This document shows, one piece after another, positions 24,803-36,612 of a DNA stretch of 64,000 nucleotides; position 1 is the first letter of the stretch, and every line of letters starts with the position of its first letter. Both the position numbers and the translations under genes were made by a program. The notes under the pieces are model-generated. The model made no database searches. It saw only the letters and a list, made by a program, of their open reading frames with translations, and was not told where the DNA came from. The DNA comes from Selaginella moellendorffii (lineage: Eukaryota; Plantae; Lycopodiophyta), in the NCBI RefSeq assembly GCF_000143415.4, contig NW_003314293.1:898062-962061 (forward strand), written 5' to 3'.

Positions 24803-26900
24803 ATCATAATCGTTAATATGTCCAATGCATGCTTGAAGATATTTGGCAAAATGGTCCAATCCATATGAGAGGCTATGCTCAAATTATTGTACTACTGCAA
24901 TATTGTTCTTTTGAGATACGTAGGTTAGATATATTATCAAACTTATTAATATCTATAAGTTTCATTTTTATAAACAGAAATTGATAAAAAAAATAGTATT
25001 TAAATTCAGCTAAAGGATAAACAGATAAATATGAGAACTTTAATATAGAAATATATTTACTATGATCATATTAACAATATAAACCTATTTATATTATTAT
25101 AGGCAAAATAGAGTGCTTGTGATATAGGAATAGGTATATTAATTGAGGTTTAAACCCTGCTTATATACAAGAATGGATGGACTAGATTCAGTTATAAATG
25201 GATAGTGTATATACTATAATACTATAATTAGTGTATTACCTAACCAAATTAATATATGTATATACATACATGTATTTCCAAACATTACACCATCCTCCCC
25301 TCCAAAAGATGAAAAGGTGATGATAATAAGTTAGGTAGAATATTTGAAGTTTTTGTTGGGTGATTATAAATTACCACAAGAATCTAAAGCTCCTATAAAA
25401 TATCACCATTAAAATAGCTATTGAAATAAAACCCAAAGCCATGGCATAAGTATCAGTTGATTATAGAATCTTAGTGAATTAATTGCAATTCTATATACAA
25501 CTCCCAAATGCTCAAACCAACTATACAACCATAACTTTGAACCAAAGTAAGGTAGTCCATAGAGCACTATTGCAGCAAACAATACATCCTATTTCTAAAC
25601 CTGCTTGTTGACAATCCTCCAAGACCACCATTAACTTGGACTTAGGATCATAAGTAAAATCTACCATAATGTCTTCCCTTCGATCAACATTTGAGACCTA
25701 TGTTAACTTAGACTCACAACCATCATCCTCATCTAACACCACACATGGGAGGTTAAACTTGCTCTATTTATCCTCCATATCCTCTTTTTCCCCTCTTGAA
25801 AGGTTTTTTTTAAAAAATACTAACTCTATTTGGACTCATTGCACTCATCCTCACTTTGCCATCTATGTTCAACTTGACTCCATTATCACATTTGTTTAGC
25901 CTCACTACGTCAGGGCTAGATGTTTCATTTGGACTTGTTATGCTCATCCTCACTCCACAATCCATGTCATTCATCTTTGCTCCACTACTATATTCGTTCA
26001 TCTTCACTCCATAGTTGAAGCCAAACTCTTGTCCGTCCCCTCTACCCCCTCTTCTAAAGAAAACAAAGTTTGAAGTGTTGAGGCAAAAAGGAGAAAATGA
26101 AAAAAAAAATTGAGGAAAACAATTATGAAAGAAGAAAAAATGGATAAAGAAGCATCTTAAGAAGAATTTGCAGTAGTTGGTAATGTAAAAATGGGGAAAT
26201 CAAAAGAATATATGCTTAAAACTTGGAAAATAAAGGACTTTCTATTATAAAATACTTCGGCCACCACAATATAAACAAAAAATTCACACTGCTCAACTTC
26301 CTCAATACACAACTCAATATTTGAGATAGAAAAATCAATAACAACATCCACACTCTCAAGGGAATACATAAACTCCTCAGTAACAACGATAAAGCAAGAG
26401 ATTTTAGCAACAGTCAGAAGTGGGGACATGCATTCAACTTGAAACTCTAGCCAAAGTGATTCAACCCTTGGAACATGGGAATACTCAACACCAGAACTAA
26501 TCAAAGGCTCTACCAATGAAACAAAATTAAAATTTTCAACTTCATGCATACACTCAACATTTAGATTAGTTTGAGGAGGATATAAAACACTCAACTCAAC
26601 ACTAGACTAAGAATGAGAATTATCAAAGTTCTAAATGAATGATATCCTAGGAGAAGAAAGCATTGTAGATAAGGAAAAAATACTAGGAATATGAAAAGGT
26701 GGCTCATGCCAAGAAATAAAAAAAAGTTAGGAAAAAGTAAAAAGTAAAAAGAAAGGATCAAATGGCTGATATCTATCTTGTGAAATTTCCACTTCATCTT
26801 TAAAGTTATCTTTGTCAGAAAGCCCACTTCCTACCACTAAATTCCTTGCTATTACCGATTTCCCAAGCCATTATTGCAGCCATTATCTTAGCTATTACCT
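24803..26900 (-). mobile_element. Highly decayed LTR-retroelement 3' region (putative)
   Basis: Minus strand shows a PPT-like GGAGGGGAGGATGG (25290-25303) directly followed by TGTAAT. Upstream are decayed low-complexity ORF pieces. No second LTR found. Confidence 0.35.
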
Positions 26901-26986
26901 AATGGCTTCCTTTGAGATTGATTTGTATTCTTTGGGTGGTCAATGCGGCTTAGGCAACATGAACCATCAATTTGGGAGCTCGGAAC

Positions 26987-27406
26987 CACACCATAGTAGC
27001 TAATGGAGTACCTATATCCTCACATTAGGCCATTGATATGTTAAAATAGTGCTAAATTCTGTTTAGCTCCATTTTGCATGTTAGTCTTGGCATTTGGATG
27101 TTCAAAGCTCTAGAACTGTTCCAAGTTGCTCTATGCTCTTGTCCTTTCACTCCTTGAGTTATATGCTTAAGAGTTGCTCCGTGCTCTGATTCCTTTACTC
27201 CCTGGCTCCATGCTTAGGAGTTTGGTTCTGGTAATTCATTTAGTGGCCTAAGGCCCTAAAACTTGGGTTCCACTCCGTTATTTTTTGGACATGTGGCATG
27301 TGGCATGTGGCATGTGATTATGGTATATGGAGGGTTTAGGTTCCGCTTTGTGGTTGTTCTATGGTAAATCACCATAGAATAAAGGGTGAAAACCATGTAC
27401 ACTACA
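26987..27406 (+). mobile_element. Family B LTR, 3' part only
   Basis: Matches the distal ~420 bp of the B LTR and ends ..ACTACA with no PBS after it. Confidence 0.85.
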
Positions 27407-27429
27407 ATCATTTTAATGAAATTCTACTT

Positions 27430-28300
27430 CATTACGCATATATGCTTTTCTACATATGCCAATTTTCTATAGAAATATATTGTAGGGAAATATAGACCAC
27501 ATTATAGTGGTAGGGCATGTTGCCACATTGCCATTTTCTCATGTGAGATTGCCTTTTAGTCTTGGAAATATAGATAGAGTTTATTCTTTGATGTGATATT
27601 ACTTTTGAGTCTTTCGAAAGATTTCAATTTCTTTTATTATTATTCATAAATAGTATATCCATCATTCTTACATTTCGTATACTCCTTTAAGTTTGTTCTT
27701 GATTATAACTTTCTTGAGTAATTTGGTGAGTTCTTGATTCTTATCTTTTTTCTTAACTTCGAATTTGTAATCTTCCTCATCATCAGAAGAGTCATTAGTC
27801 TTTGATGTTTTTACTCTTGAAAATTTTTAGATATGTTTTTAGAGGTCATCTTTAATTTCTTCTCTGATTTTCTTAGAGATATTATTGATGGTGGTCGCAA
27901 CATCTAAATCTTCTTCTGTGCTTGCTAGAGCGACCATTTGCTAATAGATTTTCTTCAATCCCTGTACATACCAAATGTACTTACATTATTTAGTGAGTAG
28001 ATCTTTGCAATGTTTTGCATGATATTTGAATCTTTAGGTATCTTATTTAATGCTCTTGAGGTGTTCTAGGTGTTTGTTTCTTGTGCCGCTAGATTAATCT
28101 TTTCTTTGTAGTCGAGTTTTTCTTCACTTTGCCTTTAATAAGTGTAAAAGGAAAGAGGAGTGTTTCGTTTATTTGTTGTTAATTAACTTTGATAATGAGG
28201 TTGAATTGTTAAAAATGTCTTTTTGCATCTTCGGTTTTACTTCTAGTGAAATTTAGGTAGATGGTTATGTTATCATATAATGTTGCTGGGTTGATGAGTG
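27430..28300 (-). mobile_element. Decayed gag-like remnant (putative)
   Basis: Minus frame reads ..RFKYHAKHCKDLL..IWYVQGLKKIY*QMVALAS.., resembling retrotransposon gag; many stops. Confidence 0.3.
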
Positions 28301-28353
28301 CCATGTCTTCAGTATTGTTTGGAACTTATTATTTTGGTAATGGTGAATATGAT

Positions 28354-29406
28354 TGTCGTGAATGTGACTGTGGGTATCGAAAGTTACCTGTCAGCTAGTC
28401 CTTTTGAATATTCTTTCTTTACTACCACGACACCAGAAAGTTGGTATTGCTAAACCCTTTATCAGTTCCTCTTGTTCAAGTGTTAGTAAATTGGGCTTAG
28501 CACGTGTACTTAGCCATATGGATATAAGGTAGGAACTTCTATTTGTTTCTAACTGAGCATACTCTACCTGGTTCTTAATTCTCTTTTATTTTGTCTTGCA
28601 CTGGCTTGACAAAAACCCTCATGTGTTGAGACTAGTCCCTCAATATCGCTAAATGATAGCAAACACCTTCATTATCATGCCTGTTGTGTTGGTATTTATA
28701 AAAAGTGTTTAGATTTGCTCATTTGGCATATCTATAGAATGTAGAGATTTTTCTGAACACAATGGTGTTTGTCTTATGTCTAAACTCACAATTTAGGGAT
28801 ATTCTATATTTAGTAAGTTTTAAGCTTGTCCTAGAGATCAACTCCTGGTACTAAGGGTGGCTAAGGCTGAAAGCCCAAAGCATGTGTTCCTCATTGGGGG
28901 GGGGGCAGGGGGGCAGGGTTCCAAATGTATAGTAGGGATAGTGGGTAGGTCGGGCATGGCTGACCATCCTGAGGTATAATATAACTCTCACTTGTGTGTT
29001 TATCCTTGTTCTGCATTCGGCTTGGGTCTAAGCCCCAGTTCCATACCATGCTAGTTAATGGAGTACCCATATCATCGCATTAAGCCATTGGTATGCTGAA
29101 ATAGCAGTAGCATTAGGATGCTAGATACTCTAGGATCATTCGAAGTCGCTTCGTTCTTTTGTCCCTTCGCTCCTTGAGCTATACACTCAAAAGTCGCTCT
29201 GTGCTCCAACTCCTTCACTCCCTGGCTCTATGCTTAGGAGTTTGGCTTTGTTCCTTCATTTAGTGACCTAAGGCCCTGAAACTTGGGTTTCACTCCGTTG
29301 TCCTTTGAGCACGTGGCATGTGGCACATAGAGGGTTTAGTTTCCATTTCATAGTTATCCTATGGTAAATCACCATAGGATAGAAGGTAAAAACCATATGC
29401 ACTATA
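28354..29406 (+). mobile_element. Family B solo LTR
   Basis: Full LTR (TGTCG..ACTATA) with no PBS or PPT, flanked by ATGAT/ACGAT (TSD with one CpG transition). Confidence 0.88.
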
Positions 29407-30078
29407 ACGATTGATAATTGTTAGTATAACCTTTATATTTTAGAGTTGCTAGTGGTGGTATATCTTTGTCTAATTGTAAATATTCTACTATTGAGTTGTC
29501 TTCAATTTTTGTTGTAGTTGTGCAGCATGATTTGCTGACTTGTGTACTCCCAAAAACTCTTATTGAGGATTCACTACAAAAATATACCTTGGTCTTTTCA
29601 TATAGGAGGATTACAATATAGGCAGAAAATATAGTTTTTTATATGAATTAATATTTAAATTACAAATGTCATAGATTTCTTGGTGTTTTCCGCTATATTG
29701 TTCATTTCTTCATTTTTCTTTCTCGAAACTGTTATTTTAAAAGTAACAAGAGCATTGTTATCAATGGTGACAATGGTTTCCACATTCCTAAATGGATAAT
29801 AAAAACCAAGAGTGAAGAGGTGTGGATACTCCTTTTCGCTGGAAATCTATTGTTAGTAAGAAAACAAAAGAGAAAAGGGCCTGATCTCCAAGGGCTGAGA
29901 AGAAAGATAAGTGAAAGAATGTTGTGTATTGATAAGAAATGATGGAATAGAGATAAGGATCCATAACTCGGATCCCCCCCTTGAAAGGCTAGCGATTCTA
30001 ACTACCAACATATGCTAATGAATAGTATATACTGTGTATGATCTAATTGATATCTCTAATGCAGCCCTAGGTTCAAGG

Positions 30079-32374
30079 TCAGAGTCCCTTGAGCCTGGGG
30101 TTTTGGTTGATACACTCTACTCCCCTGACAGAACTAGACACTGTCCTTAGTGCAAACGTAGTCAATTTCCCTTGCTTCTGCTGCTGCTCAAGTCGATAAA
30201 GGCGACACTTTTGCTGCGGGAATGTAAGCTTGTGGTTGGGGACACTATCTGGTGGATCTGTCCCATCTTCTTGGAGGTCAGCTACCTCAGATAGGAGGGT
30301 GGTATGATCATCCTTGAGCTTCTGGTAGCGGGTGTTGAGCTCTTCGTATTTTAATTTGTAGGTCAATTCGTGAGCTGCTGATGGGGTTGATGGCTGCTTG
30401 GAGACGATCTTCCTGATGTCCCAGAGGTCAGTACAGATCTGCTTCATCTCTTCGAGCTGAGTATTGAGCCGGTGGTTTAAAGGCTCATAGAACTCCTTCT
30501 TGATCGCTCCCTGGGTGTATATGAAGGAGTCTTGCTTGAGAAGATGCTGTGCGATGTCGGCTGGTGTTGGGAAGTGGTTTGCTTGCTTGCAGTGCATGTG
30601 TTGATTGAGGCTTCAAACAACTTGCGGGTGTAGTAGCTTGGGTCGCGGAGTTTATCTTCATACTCCTTCCTGATCTCATCATAATCACGGCATACCTGAC
30701 TCTGTGGCTGAGGCATGGCTGCTGCTCCTGCTCCTGCTTCATGATCCTGGTGTTTCTCGCTAGGGTTTGCTGTGTTCTTGGTCCTGGCTGGAGGCTGAAT
30801 CTGCTTCGTTGGATGTGGGTGACGTGGTCGGGCCGGATTTTTTGAGGTGGTTGGAGATGAGCTTTTCAGTTTGATGGTGGATGAATGGCCCAGATGTGGC
30901 GCTGAATATAATTTATCTGTTGGGAAATTTTCTGCTTGAAATTTTGTTGAAGGGGCAGAAGTTTTGTTAATGCTGATCGTGGCATTTGCTGGAGGAGGCA
31001 TGGTTGTGTGTTCTTCAAGTGATTGGCAAAGGTAGTCGATGTTTTCTTTTGTAGAATATGTCGAGGAGGTTGGGGCGGTGAGAATGTTGTTCTGAGCTGG
31101 TGGAGAAACTGAGTGCTGGGTGAGCAGCTAACATTTTCCTTTGGAGATGTTGAGATGTTTGTGAGAAGTTGTCGGTTTTGGAGCTGATTCAAGTGGATGA
31201 TGGCTCTGGTGTGAGTGTGGAAGCTGGTGTGAGTTGTCTTCATTGTCGCTGATGATGAGGTCCTCTCAGATCAGCGATTTTGGAGCAGGATTCGCTCGTG
31301 TTTTGTCTGTGAGGCAGCGGCGAAGTGGAGTTGAATCATTGGAGGTGTGTTGCTGGAGCTGGTGTTGTTGGAGTGAGTTGAGCCTGATTGTTGAGATGCT
31401 GGCTTCGGTTTCTTGCTGGGAGTTGCTCCTTCTGATTCTTACTGTTCTTCGGAGCTGTTGCTTTGTTCTGCGGAGTTCGTTTGGGTTGTCCACGGTTGCT
31501 TGTTGGGAGGAGCTTGGTGTAGAGCGATCAGCAGTGGGAATATTACTGTCCGCATGGTCTTCTTGTTGTGTGGTGAGGATGGCGCATCGAGAAGCTTGAG
31601 AAGGAGCTCGTGGAGATGATGAGCCACGTCTGGTGTGAGTTGTCTTCATTGTCACTGATGACGAGGTGTTCTCGGATCAGCGATTTTGGAGCTGGATTCG
31701 CTGGTGTTTTGTCTGTGAGGTGGCGGCAAAGTGGAGTTGAATTGTTGGAGGGTGTGTTGCTGGAGCTGGTGCTGTTGAATCAAGTAGAGCTCCATAGACT
31801 TCTGCTGTGTGCTTGCCGATGGTGCGATTTGTTGGGCAAAGTTCATAGTAGAGGAGGAGGGCTTTGAGGCGATCCAAATGCTGCTCCTCAATGTCCTCCC
31901 ATGTGAGCTCAGTGGTAATCTCTCGATTGGCCTTGATGATGTGCTGTGAAACTTCTCCTGAGAATTTGAGCAGTCCCTTGTTGGAGATTTTGAAAACAGA
32001 GGTGATTCTTGCTGGGCTGAGGGTGATCTTGTTGGTGCTGTCGGTTATGGTGCTGTTCTTGGGTTGAAGGAGGCAGCCAGCTTCCTCGCCAGTTTTTGGT
32101 CAAGGTGTGTTGAAAAAGCCCTGTGGAGGAGCTCGAATCCATGGTCCTTGAGCCAGGTGGTTGTGTCGTTGCTGGGAAGCCTAGGAATATGGTGTATGAT
32201 GTATCTGAGGCACCGGGGTGGATGAGCTGGCATCTTTCTCTTCATTTTCTGTGAGGGTTCTTGAGACCTGTAACTGTTGGTTGGCTGATCGTGTGGCGCT
32301 CGATTGCTGGTGATGAACAGTAGAGATTTGTTGACCGAATTGACATGGTTTGACTTGGCTTGATTGCAGATCAA
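30079..32374 (-). pseudogene. Extra 3' ORF of element E (decayed; Gln/Ser/Thr-rich, coiled-coil C-terminus)
   Basis: Chain of same-strand ORF pieces between the INT end and the PPT; internal ~147-bp repeat at 31224-31370 / 31630-31777. Confidence 0.6.
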
Positions 32375-33145
32375 TGGTGGATATTGCTGATGAAGTTAAC
32401 TCAAGTTCAACTGTTGATATTTGCTCAGGTGGCATTGATCCAACGGTAGCTTGGGACTTAGAGATTTTCGCTACTGTTTGTTGCTGAAGTTGGTGGATGA
32501 GTTTGTGTTGAGTCAAGTTGAGTTGTGTCGAACTGATTTGAGTCAAACTTTGTCTGCCAGGGTGATTGTCGATTGTTGGTTTTGGGGTGTTTGTGAGTTT
32601 GGGTCGGAAATTTGCTGAGGTGCTGATGTTGAACATGTCGACGTGATATGGTCGAAGCTTGTTGAGGTTGATGATCTTAGTGAAGTCTTCTGCAAGTGTG
32701 CTAACTTTGGTAGTGCCATTGGGGTATAGTTCAATGATTTTGAAAGGTCCTTGGCAGTTGGTGTGGAGTTTTCGGCCAAGTTTGCCGATGGGTCCTCGGT
32801 ACCAGAGAACATGATTGTCGACGCTGTATTTCAGAATGTTGTGCTGGGATGCTTGTCGGACATGTCAAGCTTTTCTCTTTTGGATGGCGTGAAGTGTCCA
32901 GAGGGCGTGGAGTTAGAGTTCGTTGAGACATTTGAGTTGCTGAAGCCTTTCTCGAATTGCGTGTCAATTGTCGAGATTATACTTGATGGTGACTTGCATG
33001 CTCAGGATGATGAATTCAATTGGCGTGATGGCTTCTATTCTGAAGGCAAGTTTGAATGGTGTCATATCAATGGTGACTTTATATGCAGTTTGATAGGCCC
33101 CAAAGTACATTGAAAAGTTTGTCGTCCCAGTCTTTGCCAGAATCA

Positions 33146-33740
33146 TGTAAGCTCCTGAGTTTGGACTTCCCGGGAGGTCACCCAGCCCAGTACTATTCAA
33201 ACCCAAGGACGCTTAACCCCAAATATCCCAAGACCCTTAACCAATTGGAAAAGGGGGTGCACTCTTGTTCATGGGCCCTTTCCCTCTATATTTGAACCCC
33301 ATGGATCGTCTCTCAAGTCGTTCCCTTTTGGTTGCTTACAATCCACCACGCTTCCCTGCAAGTTCACGCCCTCGTGAACGGAAGCTGAGAGCCGCAGCTC
33401 TCCCGAGAGCCTCGCTCTCTTGACACCCTACCCCTCGGGTCGAGCCCAGCGGGAGCAAACTGGACCAGCCAGATGTCAATCAACATGTGGTGTGATTCCC
33501 TTAGCCAACCAACAGAGTCGGACCTGAGACCCCTCTGATACCAAATGTAAGCTCCTGAGTTTGGACTTCCCGGGAGGTCACCCAGCCCAGTACTATTCAA
33601 ACCCAAGGACGCTTAACCCCAAATATCCCAAGACCCTTAACCAATTGGAAAAGGGGGTGCACTCTTGTTCATGGGCCCTTTCCCTCTATATTTGAACCCC
33701 ATGGATCGTCTCTCAAGTCGTTCCCTTTTGGTTGCTTACA
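33146..33740 (-). mobile_element. Cassandra-type TRIM copy 2, intact, 595 bp, inserted in E integrase
   Basis: Two 195-bp LTRs (33146-33340, 33546-33740) identical by eye; 205-bp interior; iMet PBS; perfect TSD AATCA. Confidence 0.97.
33163..33217 (-). promoter_or_regulatory. 5S rRNA-derived Pol III internal control region (A box / intermediate element / C box) in Cassandra LTR
   Basis: GTTAAGCGTCCTTGGGTTTGAATAGTACTGGGCTGGGTGACCTCCCGGGAAGTCC aligns to plant 5S GTTAAGCGTGCTTGGGCGAGAGTAGTACTAGGATGGGTGACCTCCTGGGAAGTCC; a counterpart is present in all eight Cassandra LTRs. Confidence 0.9.
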
Positions 33741-36612
33741 AATCATTGATGACTTTTTTGAGGATGGTCTTCAGTGTTTTGTTCGTTGCTTCTGCTTGAC
33801 CGTTGCCTTGAGGATAGTATGGTGTTGACATTTTGTGTCGGGTTTTGAACTTGGTGGCAAGATGTTCAATCGTTTCGTTGATGAAGTGGGTGCCTCTGTT
33901 GGTGACAAGTTCAAGTGGTGTGCCGAAACGAGTGATGATATTTTCATAGATGAAGGTTGCTGTTGCTTTCGCTATGGCATGTCGGAGAGGTATTGCTTCG
34001 GCCTACTTGGTAGTGTAATCTGTGGCGATGATGATGTACTGATTTTGTCAACAGGTGCTGACTTGGGGTCTGACAAAGTCGAGTCCCCATTTCTGAAATG
34101 GTGCCATCGGGAATGTTGGGTTGAGTTGTTGAGTCTGAGTTTTCAGCGGTAATAAGTGTCATTGACATGTGTCACAGCGTTTGCAGAATTCTTCAGTATC
34201 GTGCAAGAGTGTCGGCCACCAGAGGCCGGCTTGAAGAATCTTCTGAGTTGTGGTGTCGGCGGCAAAATGTCTGTCGGAAGGTCCAGCTTCCTTGATGATT
34301 TGAGTTGTGCTTGGCAGCTTGATGCATCGGCAAAGAATATTGTCGATGCCAAGGTTGTAGAGAGTGCCTCCGATGACTGAGTATCAGTGGGTTTTAGTGA
34401 CAAAAGTCTTCTTTTGGTTAGACATGGTATACTGATCTGGAACTTTTGCTGAGTTCAGGTAACTGAAGACATCGTCGAGCCAGGTTGCCGGTATGGAAAC
34501 TTGGAATAGGTTTGAGTCAGGTAAGTTGTCAGTGAGTCTTTCAGGTTTGTCGCCAGTGGTGATCCAGCTGATATAGTCTGCTTGCTCGTGATTTTTGTGG
34601 ACGATCTCGAAGTTGTATTCTTGTAGTAAAAGGAACCATCTTGATATTCGACCAGATAGTATTGGCTTGTTGATGAGGTAAAGGAGTGCCTTGTGGTTTA
34701 CGAAAGGGACGAGTTTGGTTGACAGTATGTAGTGTCAGAACTTCTGAAGTGAGTAGATCATGCTGAGAGCTTCTTTCTCGTTGGTGGTGTAATTTCGTTC
34801 AGCTGGGTTGAGTAGTTGGCTGGCATAGTAGATCGGTTGATCTCAGTTGTCGTGTTGAGTTTTGCTGAGAATTGTGTTAGTGGCGACGTCGGAAGTATCA
34901 ACATGAATGTGGAACTCTTGTGTCCAGTCGGGCTTGGCAAGGATTGGTGCTGTTGTGAGTTTGAGTCAGAGAGTGTCGAATGCTTGTTGCTGTTCAGACA
35001 TCCATGTCCATTGGGCATCTTGCTTCAGAATGTCAGTGAGTGGTTTGGCAATGTGAGCGTACTTGTGGATGAAGCGTCGGTGATATCTGACTTTGCCAAG
35101 GAAGCATTGAAGTTCTTTCTGATTCTTCGGCAATTCCAATTTGGAGATGATGTCGATTTTGTCCTTATCGATGAGAATGCCATTTTTGCAAACAACGTGG
35201 CCGAGAAGTACTCCAGATTTGACGAAGAAAGTGCATTTATCAAGGTTGAGTGCTATGTTGTTCTCCTCACACAAGACTAAATGCTGTCTTGTACAGATCT
35301 TCTTCGGCAATGTGAATTTGGTTGTAGCCGGAGAAACCATCGAGGAAGGAGTACATCTCATGTCCTGCGACTGCGTCAAGAACTTCATCGATAAATGGTA
35401 TCAGGAAGACATCTTTTTCAGTGGCATCGTTGAGCTGTTTATAGTTAATGCAAATTCAAAGTTTGCCATTTTTCTTTGGCACAACCACCAGTCAGGAAAG
35501 CTAGATCAGATTCTGAATCAGGTAGATGTACTTGACTTGGAAAAGCTTGTCGAGTTCTTTCTTTACTTGTTCCATCAGATTCGGATTCATCCGGTAGGCC
35601 ACTTGTCTTCTTGGTTTTGTGTCTGGAAGAAGGGTGATGGTGTGAAGGCTGAGTTTTGGCGAAACTCCCTTATGGTCTTGGTAACTCCAAGTGAACAAGT
35701 GTTTCTTCTTTCAGAGAAGTTTGATGCCTTTGTCTCGAAAACTTGCCGAGATGTCAGTGGCGAGTACAATGTAGTGTTCGTTGCCGTCATCGATGAGGCT
35801 GACTTTTTTGAGTTTTTGGTCTACTGGAATTGACAGAATGTAGGCGACTTTGTTGTGGTTGTCGACTGTGAATGCTGGTGGCGCTTTGAGTTTTGTATCT
35901 CGAGTGACTGGATTTTTCAGTGCTGATGTAATTGGTGGTCGTTCTCGTTGGAAGTCGGCAACAATTCGGAATAGGTCAATCTCGGCCAAAGGTTCAAGAT
36001 CGGGGTAGGCTTTGAGGATTTGTTGTTCTTCATAGTTGTCGAGACCATCTTCGAGATTATATTCTTCCAAGTCAATAGGTCGGTTGTGGCTGGACAGTGA
36101 TTTGGTCGCTTTTGTCGACACGGTTGTCAGTCCGTCCGGTCCTCGAAGGATAAGATTGTCATTGGGCCAGTCTTGATAAACTTGGGCAGTTTGGAGCCAA
36201 GGTCGACCAAGGAGAATCGAGTATCCGTCAGTCTGCTCCGGTAGTTTGAGGACGACATAGTTGACTGGTATTTTGACGCCTTGAATGGTGGTGTTGACTT
36301 TTTGGATGATGCCTTTGGGTTGAACAGATTGGTGGTCAGCCATTTGGACATTGAAAGGTGCTGGGTGGACTGGGCCAATGTTGAGTTGTTGAACAAGACT
36401 TTCTTCAATAGTATTGACATTGGAGCCACCATCAATTATGGCTCCTTAAACAAGGTGTTTGTCGAGTCGTAGGTCGATTGTTGGAACATCATTTTTGCAA
36501 TGGCCTGGTTGAATCTCGGTTCGAAATGTGTCAACAGCTGTCTGTGTCGGGTTGAGTTTGGGCGAGTCTGTCAGAGTGTTGGCTGGTGTAGATGTCATAT
36601 CGGTGAGCTGTT

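Noticed and set aside
33163-33217. Genuine 5S rRNA gene
   Set aside because: Only ~55 nt of 5S similarity, embedded in paired LTRs with PBS and TSD.
34816-35833. Plus-strand 154 and 230 aa ORFs
   Set aside because: Antisense shadows of the element E reverse transcriptase.
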